Part shown: in pieces, positions 12,781 to 24,917 of the stretch
How positions within the stretch are numbered: the stretch's first letter is position 1
Layout of the letters: each line of letters begins with the position of its first letter
NCBI RefSeq assembly: GCF_964204645.1
Contig: NC_134028.1
Location: 6,758,001-6,822,000, forward strand
Origin: Tubulanus polymorphus
Taxonomy: Eukaryota; Animalia; Nemertea
Reading direction: 5' to 3'
Length of the DNA stretch: 64,000 bases
Notes under the pieces: generated by a model
Seen by the model: the letters and a program-made list of their open reading frames with translations, nothing else
Database searches by the model: none
Told to the model about the DNA's origin: nothing
Translations under genes and position numbers: made by a program

Positions 12781-15700
12781 CACTGTAACTAGGGGTCCAG
12801 GGACACCATGCCCACTTGGGAAGTGGTTTCAAATGCTCAAAAAGTATTTCCGTAAGTTAACGGCTAAAAGCCGTAATTTGACGTTGCAGCAGTGTTTCCG
12901 GAAATAAATCCGTATATACTGATTCACCGTTTAAGAACGGCATGGATGGTCAACGGATTGAGAACCGTATTTCCGTCAATATACCGTACACTTTATGGGC
13001 CAGACCAGAAACTGATCCGTTTATAACGGTAGAGATCCGTAAATAGACGTTTGTAAAACCGCTCCCAAACGGTGTAAAATCCTCAAATACTTGACCTGTA
13101 GAGAGTTCGTCCTTCCAGGGTTCGAACCGATATACTACTCCAGTTGCTGAAACCTGGCTCGCGTGACGGTGCTTGCCAACTACCACTGAACATGTATGCA
13201 GCAAGGGCAATCTCGTCTCAATCAAATCAGATACGAAAACATAAAAAAATGTAATATAATGGAAATATATTTTCCAGGTGTTTCTACCCATTGAATTATA
13301 TACATAAGATCACATTTCTCAATTGCACAATATCTTAATATTTGCACTCATTACTTGTCTCAAAAGATATGGTAAAAAAATCCATCAATATTTGGCTGAG
13401 GAAAATATCATTTGATTACTATCCACGACTTTAATTATAGGTACATAATTATTTGATAGAGAAAAAAATGGCTCTTAACAAATTATTCTTTAAAACTATT
13501 ATACATGGGATAAAATAAAGTAAAGCTTTGGCTACTTTGGTTTGAAACTTAGCACTAAAAAAAATCCAGCTTAAAGCATAATCAGCACCGACTGTCCATC
13601 TGTACTGTTTGATTCAACAACATCAAATTCATTTTTCAAAATGTAATTATTCAGAAACACTATATTTGATCAAAATGAAGCAGATTACTTTCCTTAATAC
13701 ATGTACACTGTATCAAGTTTTATGGTCTCATGTATGCCTTGAAAAATTAAGCAGATAACATAGAAAATATTCAAAGTATTTTAAGTACAACTCAATATAG
13801 ATGCTAGATTGGGTAAATAACTTTTTACATAATGGCAAAATACTGATCCACAGCTAGATTTTCGTAGTAACTGAAAAATGTTTCGTAGTATTTAGAAATG
13901 TTCTTAATGTTGTTTCCGTATGCGTGGGGGTTACGTTAAAGCCGTCAGACAAGAACGTACTAGTAGTAAGAATTACGAAGTTCTTGTTCGATGCTTTCAT
14001 CTACCAACGCCAACCATAAATCAGTCTATAAACAACAATTCTTTCTCGGTTCTTCTGCTGTGAGATCTGGCAAACATTCAGAAAATCTTTATATAAAACT
14101 TTTAAATAGTTGGAACCATATTTGGTTGGGTCGGAACAATGGAGTGTATTTATAATGAGGCTCGTGAAGGGATCACGCTGATACTTGATGATATTCCCGG
14201 CTACTTTCCGTAAAAGGAAAAACCGGAAGTTTAGGAAGATGTGGTTGTTTTGCTTATCCTGTATTAAAATAGAATTAGTTAAATTGTAGATAAAATAATT
14301 AGTATAAGTATTTCAAATAATTTAAGAATTGATAATCAATCACAATGTATTCCGAATCGTAGTTAATTATAATAATTAAAAAAGAAACAATGAATTTGTA
14401 CTGTAATTAGAAAAGAAAACAAAGTTTTGAAAAGATATTTAATTTGAGTAATCTAGATGTTGTTTAAGAACAAATTGTTAATAACCGCTAATGTTTTAGA
14501 AAAATTAATTTGTGTTAAATGTTAAAACTAGCTATCTGAAGTTTCTGTTGTCTGTATGCGCTCGTTGGTAATTCACAGACAATAGCTGCTCTCTCAACAA
14601 CGACTAACAAGGAGTGAGTAAATCACAACGCGTCATGACAGGAGGGTTGGAAGGAAAAAGTTAGTTTAGCAAATCAGTTTTGAAAATAATTTTAGATCAG
14701 CGAATCATTAAGGCCAAATTCTATATGACCAAAACAGTCATGACAGTAAGGTTGCTGCTCCTTGCCAAAAGTCGAGTGGGAGAGTCGGTATTTTAAGAAT
14801 GCCGATTCTTTCTATAAAAGGGACCCGCATCTTGAGAGAGCAGTCAATCGGGAGAATCTGTACCTTAGTAAGACGAGTGTCGACAGCAGGACAGGAGAAG
14901 CTTCGGAACGATAGGGATTCATATGATAGGGATTAGGAAAATCATTCTCAGGTTCAAGGTAAATAAAATATATTATCTTCAATATTATCATCCGGTATTT
15001 CAGTTTATTCATTCGGATTTGTGCACGGACACGTTCTCTCGCCAGGGCCTTACTCAAGTATTTTAATAGATAACGATTAAAGAGAGGATTGTGACCGGTG
15101 TATCAATACCATGAATGAAATATATGATTGTATGATAGTTTAGAACCACCATTCTATAAACTTGATTGGTATTACATCTGTTGATGCCCAAGCTAGGCAG
15201 CCTTGGATTTAGTACATCCTCCTGGGTCGTATCGAACAATGAAACGCGTAATGAAATACTGGCTATTTGCACAGTTTCTTTTTACTTCTGGATAGTAGTT
15301 CAAACCGAAGTATCGGTACACGCATCCTCGCCTGCCAGGGGTCCTGTATCGCCCGCGAACTCGCTTCCACCCCCTGGACTCACGACGCGTGATTTCATTA
15401 CTGGCGCTTTTCCACATGACGTCATGTATCAACTTGCGAAATAGTTCCTTGTTCGCCCAAAGTTCGCTGATTGGTCCATTTAACGGGAATTCCAACAGAA
15501 GCCTCATGTCATTTGTTATCGGTACAACCGGATTCTGGTCGGCCATTTATATACCAACGACTCGCGAGGTGACGTGAACCGTGATGATGTATTGCTAACT
15601 ATCGATCTTTACTGTAACAGAGAAAATGCAAAAAGTACATGATCTTAAATTTAATTGCCACCCTGCGACAGTGATGGTCTTGGTGAAAGCATTGTCACTA

Positions 15701-16380
15701 ACCCAAGGGCAGTTCTGGGTTAACTGCAAGATCCTGGGCATAGGTGTATAGGCCTACCTATTCTTCTTGTTCCCATTTTGACAGTGAACAATAGCAAAGG
15801 GACAATGTCCAAGGATCATGACATCAAAATGACACTGTCCAACCGACAGGCAAAGCCAAATTTGTATTATTCTTAGCTTCTTCGATAAGTTCATGGGCCG
15901 TTTTGGTATCAAACAAACACACACACATTGTACTTCAATGATTCCACTGCATCAAACAATAAATCATGGTTTAAAAAGCAATTTACCTGCTAAAAGTTTG
16001 CCGTCATCCTCAGTGGTACCCGCCATTTTGAAATTGTGGTGTGAAACGCGAAAAAAACCGTCAAATGACGATTTTAACACCGTGCTAAACGGACAACAAC
16101 CGTCCATAGACGGTTCCATATCCGTCTCTAATTTTAGGTCGGGACGAAAAACGTTGTTCAACGGCATCACCGATTTTAAACGGTTTCATACGTCTATTCA
16201 CGGATTGGACGGTTCCAAAACCGTATATTGACTGAAATTAAGTCGTATGAAAGGTACGACGTGGTCATTGCCGTATAATAGCGGAAATCGCCGTTAATTA
16301 ACGACCTTCTCCGTTCTCAGACGTTTTTAAACCGCACCTTTACGGGAAAACGGGAATTTACCGTTTTGCTTTTGACAGTG
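12781..16380. mobile_element. Non-autonomous CACTG-terminus (CMC/EnSpm-like) DNA element with CCGT/ACGG-rich subterminal regions and nested insertions
   Basis: Starts CACTGTAA and ends TTTTGACAGTG (TTTTTACAGTG in the copy at 24478-26612). Dense ccgt/acgg motifs at 12850-13080 and 16030-16370. No TSD found. Confidence 0.5.
13844..15105 (+). mobile_element. Solo LTR (Gypsy-like), 1262 bp
   Basis: TGAT...ATCA termini with 4-bp TSD ATAC (13840-13843, 15106-15109). TATAAAAG at ~14813 and AATAAA at ~14962. Empty site with a single ATAC at 25346-25349 in unit 2. Confidence 0.8.
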
Positions 16381-16483
16381 AGAGTCGCGTTTAGAGCGAT
16401 GCCGAGTATCGTGACGGATCCGTAACAAGGATATATGGATATTTTAGCGATACAATGTACATCTAGACGTGTTCGAAAGCGAT

Positions 16484-17566
16484 TTAACCAAGCGTAGATT
16501 TAATGGACAGAATTTTTACAGCGAGTCTGAATTTGTTATTAGTGAAACAATACACGAAGAAATTTAAACAGGAATCGACGACGGTCAGAACGATAGCTAA
16601 TTTCCGATATATCAGATACGATGCTTCGGAATTTAAACCTGGAAAATGAATTTTGATTTCAAACTTGTTGTAATACCCCATTTTTTCGATGAAAATTGAT
16701 GATTCACAAATAATGTATGAAGCGACTAACGCTAACGACATTCGTAAAACTCGCAGCTCTAAACTACTGGCAGCGCTCTTATTCAACTTCTTCCCGCTCG
16801 ATAATTTGATAATTATCAAACTGATTACCAAAATAATGTTTAAAACAATTAATGAACACATGGGCACAACAATACTGGATATCGTTCCTTCCCAGCCTTC
16901 TGCAAAGTCATTCCATCTACCGATTAATGCAGAATTGATGAGATTAGACCCGCGAACAAGTGTCACGCCTGGTCCCCCTTCTATGCAACCTACTGGTTCA
17001 AGCCCCCGTTCCGGTACCAAATGCGGTAAATAAACGAGAACGCCGTATGCGGTAATCAAAAATATCAGAGAATTCACCACTTTTCGAGTCCAGAATAATC
17101 GTGATTTCAACGGGAAAATTGTTACGACGAGTCTTTCTAAACTGATAAGAATCACGCACCAATTTCGAATTTGTTGAAACATGCGATACGGGCCTAAAGC
17201 GACTTGTATGAATTCCCAACCGTAATACCAGTCATCAATGCGAAAAAGAACCTCTCCTAAATGTATATAGATGTGCAGTGTACGTAGAGGGTACATGGTG
17301 AATACACTTAGACTGTAAGATAAATCAAAAATAGCTAAAACTTGTATCAGATAGTACGCTTCATTGTTCATTTTCTTTAACACTAAAATTGTGACGACGT
17401 TCAGAGCGATGCCGAGTATCGTGACGGGTCCGTAACAGAAAATGTACATGTAAACACTGAATTGTAGGTTCCATTTGAACGGTCTGTTTTTCACAGTCCA
17501 CGCGCACCAATCACCGGGAGTTGTCACAGTCGGTTCGAAAGTCGTTGAAATATTCTTCAAATCCAT
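16484..17566 (-). CDS. Intronless rhodopsin-class 7TM GPCR (FMRFamide-receptor-like / srw-like orphan), 360 aa
   Basis: Seven hydrophobic segments. GIALN (TM1), LAIFDL (TM2), ISLERL..IFPLKS (TM3/ICL2), ICES (TM6), DSCLNFFVYC (TM7). N-glycosylation sequon NIS near the N-terminus. Confidence 0.9.
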   Translation of the reverse strand: MDLKNISTTFEPTVTTPGDWCAWTVKNRPFKWNLQFSVYMYIFCYGPVTILGIALNVVTILVLKKMNNEAYYLIQVLAIFDLSYSLSVFTMYPLRTLHIYIHLGEVLFRIDDWYYGWEFIQVALGPYRMFQQIRNWCVILISLERLVVTIFPLKSRLFWTRKVVNSLIFLITAYGVLVYLPHLVPERGLEPVGCIEGGPGVTLVRGSNLINSALIGRWNDFAEGWEGTISSIVVPMCSLIVLNIILVISLIIIKLSSGKKLNKSAASSLELRVLRMSLALVASYIICESSIFIEKMGYYNKFEIKIHFPGLNSEASYLIYRKLAIVLTVVDSCLNFFVYCFTNNKFRLAVKILSIKSTLG

Positions 17567-18202
17567 CTTCCATTACCTGGTCATATCAGAACCCAGACAA
17601 AAGTGTGCCCAGTCTGCTCGATCATGTCGTGCAGAGATTCTTCATTCTGGCTTCAACAGTTTATCAAAAGTTAAAAATATCCGTATATTTTCTAATCTAC
17701 TTCCCCTGCTGCTGCCCAGGATAGAAATTATTCTCACAGTTTGTCTTCACAGTTCTATGGTCTATTACGCGACAGTTAGAATGTTTACAGAATAAAAGAA
17801 ATATTCTATGAATTAAGTTAAGACCTGAATACAACTGAAAATTCATATACATGTATTTTGACGAAATGGCTAAATTGGACACAATCCATGCATGTTGAGA
17901 GTTTAAATTCCACGGTATCCATTCACTCTAAATTCACTCCGAAAAGGGAGAATGGTGAGATCATAATTTGATTTTCTATCTCACCTATATCCCTTGTAGT
18001 AAAATTCACTTTTGCCATCAGGGGAAGATCCAGGGTCTAATTCAAGTTATGTCGCCAAAGAAAGATGTTATATGGAAATACTTGTTGTTCATCCTTCGGG
18101 GTCGAATGTGACTTTTGTGATCGTTTTGTGACTTCTCAGGTGGTTGCCAATTTTGGCTCTAAACTGCCGCGAATGGTGACAGGACGATAGACAAAAAGTT
18201 AA

Positions 18203-18711
18203 CCCTATGTTAACCTAGGTTTCGAATTTGCAACAACATTTTTGGGGTCGGTTGGTACTCTTATTATTAATATTTGTCCATTATTAACCAATGTTGTAGA
18301 ATCTGTTATAAACCCCCTATTACATGATGATGTTAGATATGATTTCTTAGATCATGGGCTGACCATATCGGGATTTACCAGAGGGGTAGACTATGCCCAG
18401 GTGGTTACGCCTGAAATGGTTGTTCAAAATGCTATGTTTAAAGACTAAATCACAATATTTTGTAAGTTTTTATTAGAAGAAACTATGTTCTTTAAAATCA
18501 GAAGAATAAATCTGAAAACATTTTCTTGTTAGGCTTATGGAAACTTTTCTTATTTTACCAATGTTGCGAATTTGCAACATTTTTAAAAACTAGGTCAAAC
18601 AGAGGCAGCAATTTAAATAACTATAATTATGGACTATTAGTATCTTAACACGTTCAGAAAATGAATTGAGCAATTTTTTGCCCACTAGGAATGTGCTTGG
18701 TTAACGAAGGG
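18203..18711. mobile_element. piggyBac-like MITE
   Basis: TTAA|CCCTATGTTAACC ... GGTTAACGAAGGG|TTAA. Copy at 28435-28943. Confidence 0.7.
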
Positions 18712-20119
18712 TTAACATGTCAAAACTAAACGTAAGGATTTACGAATACGTATCTTTGTTTTAATTGGGGAAATGTTATCATGGTAAAAGTAATTGAAAG
18801 TGAAAAAAAATTATTCCACAAAAACCGGATGTATTCATCACGCATGTTAAATGATATACAGTCAACCCTCGATATACCCACGAGCAATCATCTCAAGATG
18901 CAGACCAGTATGAATTGTCTAATACATATACGACTGTTACTATAACCAGTGTTAATGAATAACGTTTAATCGAATTGAAAAGAATTAAATATACATGTAT
19001 GATTACTTGAAATATGATGTAAATACCTCCAGTCCCCCACCTGACTCCAGTGGGTGTAATGTAGTTGTTATGGAGCTTTCCTTTTGTAAAATAAAGTTTA
19101 TATATATAAAAAAGAACGATTTTGGCGGTGTTGAGAATATGACATTATATCGGGGTTTCTTCTTCAGATTTCAAGTCAAATGTTCCGTACACCGAGAAAA
19201 CCTGGCGTTAGGTGGGAATGGGTATATGGGAGGGCAGAATGGGAGGGGTTGATTGTATGAATTCGACCAACGTGAAAATGTAAGACGAAGAGTTCCAGAA
19301 CGTGTATGCAGTTTTATTTCACTTATCACCATTCAGAGAGCTGTATCGGAATTCATCGTGGATTTCCAAGGATTGAGAGTTCTGAAATGTGATTTCAATT
19401 ATGTATGCCTAGAAAAAGGAATGTAGGTAAAAATGTCCCGGGAAAAAGAATTCATTGAGTGAGTGACCATGAGAATTGAGGCGTAAAATGTTGGCATTAA
19501 TTAATTTTGCCTATTGAGAACATGTGACCTCATTACATTATACGTCAAATTTAAGAAGATTTTACAATTAAATTGAATGCGCAGTTGCTAAATTACATAT
19601 CATTAATGGAGAAAATTATGAAAAGTTATAAAGTAAACGCACCAGTTACTTTAATTAATATGTCAAATTTACGAAGATCAAAATTTATGAGGGGGTATAC
19701 CCGCCCCGTAAACCAGTCGCTCTCACTACTGGGTGAACAAATTGCAAAAATATTTACTGTTATAGATCGAGGAATTGAGGGGCATGTTGTGACATTGCTT
19801 GATGAGAAAGGTCAATAGGGATTTATTAGGCTGACATTTAAGGAGCTGCGCATAATTTTCCAACCCATCGAAGAGGGTATTTTGTTAGTTTTACAAATTT
19901 TCACTCTAACAATGAATTCTTGCTTGGGAACTATATTTAATCTAGATACATTCATTTTACGCAATAGATTTTCGTAAATCTGAATTCATTGTGTCAAATT
20001 TCTGAAAATTGATCTTTCATTTGCTGCAGACGATGAAATCATTCATACAGATGAATACTAATGATATAGACTTCATTCACTACACAAGAGCTAGTGCACT
20101 CTCGTGATCCTCATTTATC

Positions 20120-21069
20120 ATGAATTCTACTCAGATGCAGATCGGTCGAACTTATAGCAGTTATATCGTTCTCATGTCTGTGGTGAACAAGTCTGGAATC
20201 TACCGCACTGTGTCATTGGTCATATTGCCCGTTTTTTCCTCTTTGGCGCATTTGGAAATTCAGCTACTTTTCTGATCATGACAAGGCTCAGATTCCGCAG
20301 TTTATCATACGCTAACTATCTCATCGTTTTATCAGCCAGTGATTTGTTTGGCTGTATTAATCTAGCATTTATGCCTGTTTTACAGTATTTTCTCGTGCAA
20401 ATAAGCATCGGTCCAATATTCATAATGCATTCGCGGGTAAGTTGTAAAATCTATGAATTTATGATGCTACTTGGCGGTTGCAACAGTTCGTGGTTGATAG
20501 TAGCTATATCTCTGGAACGTGCGGCAGTTGTGCTCTTCCCGTTCACATCCCGTTTGATATGTACACCTAGATTCGCAAGAATCGCTATATCGATAATTAT
20601 TGCAGTGAATGCGCTAGTCCTTAATATCCTGCCTACTTTGTCGATCCACTTTTTGGACCAGTTTGTTGGATGTTACTATGAATTATTAGATCAAACGACA
20701 AATTTCACAATAGCTAGCACCTATGTTAATATTATACCTTTCACTTTGATTGCAATATCAAATTCTGCTATAATCATCCAGTTATTTAGGGGACCAAGAG
20801 GGATTTCGTCTGACCAGAAAACTGCAAAATCAAAACGTACAACAAAAATGCTTGTTACAGTTTCACTAGCATTTGCAATATGTACACTCCCATCCACAAT
20901 TACTTCATTCTTACCAATCTCAACTATAGAGATGAATTTTCTTCACGATATTTTCACTCAGTTTCTAATCTGTAACTTTGTCATAAATTTCTACATTTAT
21001 CTGTTACTTGGACGAGGAATTCGTGAATATTTCTTAGAAAAAATTTGCTGTAGGAATTCGGATAAATAA
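20120..21069 (+). pseudogene. Intronless rhodopsin-class GPCR with a 1-nt frameshift in TM1
   Basis: ATG 20120 (MNSTQ...) reads to LVILPVF. One extra T in the T6 run (20232-20237) would give FFLFGAFGNSATFLIMTR, joining ORF 20278-21069 (LSASD, ISLERA..LFPF, CTLP, NFVINFYIY). Confidence 0.75.
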
Positions 21070-21929
21070 CAATTGATTTCCAGTTAACCATCACCTACTG
21101 GTTGCATACCTTTCAGTAAAATTACACAAATTCCCGAGACCTCAATAATCAGAAAAATATTCAATGCCCCCGGTGAAGGTGTCAAGAAAGAAATGACCAC
21201 GAAATTCACGCCAATCATAGAACATGTCACGAGCTACAATTTTGCAATTGATTTGATTACAGAATATGCCAAATACAATATGAAAATACCATAGAAATAT
21301 GACGCAATAAATCTATGAAAATACTTAGTGATTCGGCTGTTGAACACCAACCGCCCTCCCTCCCCCGTCACAAGCTACAAATTTTCCAATACACTGGTTA
21401 CAAAGTATGCCTGTGAACCAATACAATGTTTACGATTACGATTACGATTTATTTACACTCCAACCATTTCCATGGTATATGGAGGAAAACTATTACACAT
21501 GTATATACAAATATTTACAAAACAACACTGAAGTGATTAAAATTTAGAGAATGAAAACGTAACAAAATATATATACATCAACTATTTACAATACTATATA
21601 TACAATTATATACATCAACTATTTACAATACTATATATACTATTGGAGGGATCTATATACATCTAAGCCGGTCTTAATGAATTTAGCTAAGTTGACCGTT
21701 GGGTTTTTCAGAATATCAAGGGTATTAAAGGTATTCAAATTCAAAAAGTTTTTGCGTTGTTTGTTAAGTAAGGTACAGTCAAACAGAAAATGGGATTCTT
21801 TGGTCCATTTTCTTTGATTTGCATAGAAGCATTTGCAACTCGTGACTTTCTCTAATTGAAAAGCTACAGATCATTACTGTGAAGTCTCTCTGCATCTTCT
21901 GTAATATATCTCAACTTGATAATTTTCAG

Positions 21930-23369
21930 GCGAAACAGTGTACGGCCGCGTACTATGGGATCCGCAGCAAGATCTGAATTCTGCCTATAGATTGACTATA
22001 GAAAAAGTTTTTCTATGCACCGGTGGGTAGCGGAATATCGATTCAGAACTTATCAATGTTTGCTCTCAATAAAAGATGTATGTGCTGGTATTTCAATTTT
22101 AGGTCGGGAAGGCTACACTCCGATTTATGACCCAACCGGTGAAATGTTTGGTCAGGGGGCACAATACGGCTGCATTCAACCCACATCCAAACTCAGACAT
22201 CGCTTTCTTATCTTGGTAATTACTAATAGTCATAATAGTCATAGATACCTTATATGGGGATAATTGATCCAAGCTATTTTTGAGTAATGCATTCAGAGAC
22301 ACAGCAACCCAGGGGAATAGACAAAACTAGCAACAAGGCAGCCGTATATATGGAACAAATATGTTTCCCCGGCCAATAGTACAAAATTTGTTTAAGAATG
22401 AAAGTCATTCAAAGTTTTTTCATTTTTTTTGTTGTAGGATAGAGGAAGCCCGCACGTCATCGACGAGGTGTTTAACAATGTTCCGTTTAAGGCTAAATTC
22501 GGAGGAAATGTTGAAAAGTTACGATCCATTGAAGCGGTTCCAGGGATGGATGGATTTGTATTCAGTATTGATCCGTTATATAAAGTAATTATCGGTCATT
22601 GTTGAATATTTTAACAGAACGATTTTTAAGAATTTATTTTTTTCCGTGGTCCAAATCAATACAGATCAAAGTTATTCATCCATGTACATTCATTCATCTT
22701 AAAAAAGAAACACTAAGAAACTATATTTTACATGCTAAGAAACATTTTATCTGGTTTTCATCCCCGAATTCATTTTTTTGTGGCAAAATTTAGATTCTAT
22801 CTACCGGTACATTTAGTTAGATTTCATCGAGACCATCTTAACCATCTTAATTACCAGGATTTACTGTTTTCTAAATGCAGGCAAGTTCGGGACAGCGATG
22901 GCATCTTCAAGTCATCTATCTTATCACTTCTGCTGATAAACTCACGCGATACAAACGAGATACCGCCATCATACCAACAACGGAGATTAAAAACTCAACG
23001 AGACTGAAAAGTCGCGAGTCGACTGAAATTTTGGAAGAGATCGATTCGTCAATTCCGTATACTACTAGCAGCCTGAACCGTAAAGGGACAAATATGAAAG
23101 TATTGAATCTCAGACAATCTCAAAATAAACACCGCGATGAAAAAAATCGCGAAACGTTTTCGTCAACAATCGTTATACCTCAACGGATTTTATTACCGTT
23201 AGCAATTTGTGCTTGTTTGATATTGTTGATTTTAGCGGTTTGCACCGCCGTGATTTTTGTCGCGCGAAATAGGATTAATTCTGATCGTCGACGAACTTTG
23301 CCGGTTGTCGGAACAGCAGAAGCAGCAGATGATGATGAACCGGTAGAAGATGGAAATCCGTTGTCATGA
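21930..23369 (+). pseudogene. Orphan duplicate of the last four FRAS1 exons
   Basis: Exons and splice sites are intact and nearly identical to 10186-11622, but there are no upstream exons or promoter within the unit. Confidence 0.8.
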
Positions 23370-24484
23370 CAATGGTGAAAAACCCGCTTTTCGAGATAAA
23401 GTTACGTTGGAAACTATGGAATTTTATGAATGATTTATGATGTTTTAAGTGAATTAGATTTTTTAGGTACTGAATGGGTATGTATTTATCTCCGCTTGAA
23501 CTTGATACCGACCTTGGAGTAATCAGTCTCCAAGTTGACCAACTGTAGTAAATCACTCAATTTGTTCATTTGATACCTTCTATTTCGCCGACAATCAACT
23601 CCTTGGTCAAGTTGTAATGTTTTATCAGTTATCCAAATTCATTTATCAGTTGACCAAATGAATGCCTGGTGTATAAGATTTTGCGGTATGAGTGTGTAAT
23701 TGATTTTGCCCCCAAAATCTGATTGCTCTATTGCTTTACGGGTGGTTTCAAACCATATGAGAACAATTTGTCTGGTTGTAACAAAAGATGTAACGTCGTT
23801 AAGCAATTAATATATTTTTTGCAAAGCTTCAAATTTGTTTCTTCATAAAACGAGATGTTTGGTATGTTATTTGTGTATGTCTATGTTTATGTGCTGCCAG
23901 TTTCGATGTGACGATTAAAATTGTCATTTTATTGTAGAGAATGTTTATGTATAAAGTATTGCATGTACAAACGGTCAGTATTATTAAAGAATTATTATCA
24001 GGGAATTGATTTGATTATCTTTCGTTTTTCCTATACGCTCTGGGAGTCATGTTTGCGCACTTCTCGACTTACGCATGCTGTTGGTTTTGGAGTAAAAGCG
24101 TCTGTCTTCATTAGGTGCTGAATGATTGGCGGAAAAGCCAACCATTTTACAAGATAAATTTATCGGTTTTTTTTTGGTTAAACGCAGGCACATTCGGGAT
24201 AGCGATGTCATCTTCACGTCGTCTATCAGATCAGTTCAGCCGATAAACCCACGCGATACGAACGATATATCGCCATCAGTTCTAACGATAAATCGATCAA
24301 AATAACAACATAACAACAGAGATTTTAAAAAAATCAACTACACTGAAAAGTGGCAAGTCACCTGAAATTTTTGAACAGATTTCTTAATCGAATTCTATTA
24401 CCGTTAGCACTTCTTTGATATTGTTGATTTTGGTGGTTTGCCCCGAAGCAATTTTTGTTTTATTTTTTCAAACACTACACTGTA

Positions 24485-24917
24485 ACTAGGGGTCCAGGGA
24501 CACCATGCCCACTTGGGAAGTGGTTTCAAATGCTCAACAATCTAACAATTTCAATATTCAACGCCCTCTGGTGACCATATACAAAAACCAATGACCTTGA
24601 AACTCAATACAATCATAAAACATGTCAGCAGCTACGATTTTGTAATTGATTGTGATAACAAAAAATGCCTCGTTACTAATTTAATATGAAAATACTAAGT
24701 TAATCTACTATTCAACGCCCCCTGGTGACCATATTCAAAACTCAATAACCTTGTAACTCACCATATCCATAGAACATGTCATGAACTACAACTTTGCAAT
24801 TGATCATGGTAACAAAATATGCCTAGGTACCAATATAATAAGGAAATACCAGGTTATTCTACTATTCAACGCCCCCTGGTGACCATATAGAATAACTAAT
24901 TTCCTTAAAACTCACCT
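24485..24917. repeat. Tandem ~155-bp repeats (TATTCAACGCCCCCTGGTGACCATAT core) of a Helitron/MITE-like interspersed element
   Basis: Three units at ~24556, ~24709 and ~24862. Related units at 21160-21360, 31440-31640, 33698-33960 and ~57970. Confidence 0.7.

Larger units (their letters stand above)
10055..21798. repeat. Segmental tandem duplication, unit 1
   Basis: Colinear and highly identical to 21799-32080. The ORF track gives matching pairs (11128/22875, 16484/26716, 18242/28474, 20278/30559). Differs by large indels at 12840-13410 and 13844-15105. Confidence 0.95.

Noticed and set aside
16689-17795. Plus-strand ORFs of 106-114 aa conserved in both units
   Set aside because: Antisense shadows of the GPCR, and their conservation is explained by the recent duplication.
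18242-19818. Short ORFs between the divergent GPCRs
   Set aside because: No recognisable domains or splice pattern, and one lies within a piggyBac-like MITE.
20226-20245. Programmed -1 ribosomal frameshift in the GPCR T-run
   Set aside because: In-frame codons GTT TTT TCC do not form a canonical X XXY YYZ heptamer, and no stimulatory structure was evident.
24555-24915. Regularly spaced ~26-bp conserved cores resembling a CRISPR array
   Set aside because: The spacers are homologous to each other (~155-bp tandem units), the context is eukaryotic and there are no cas genes.
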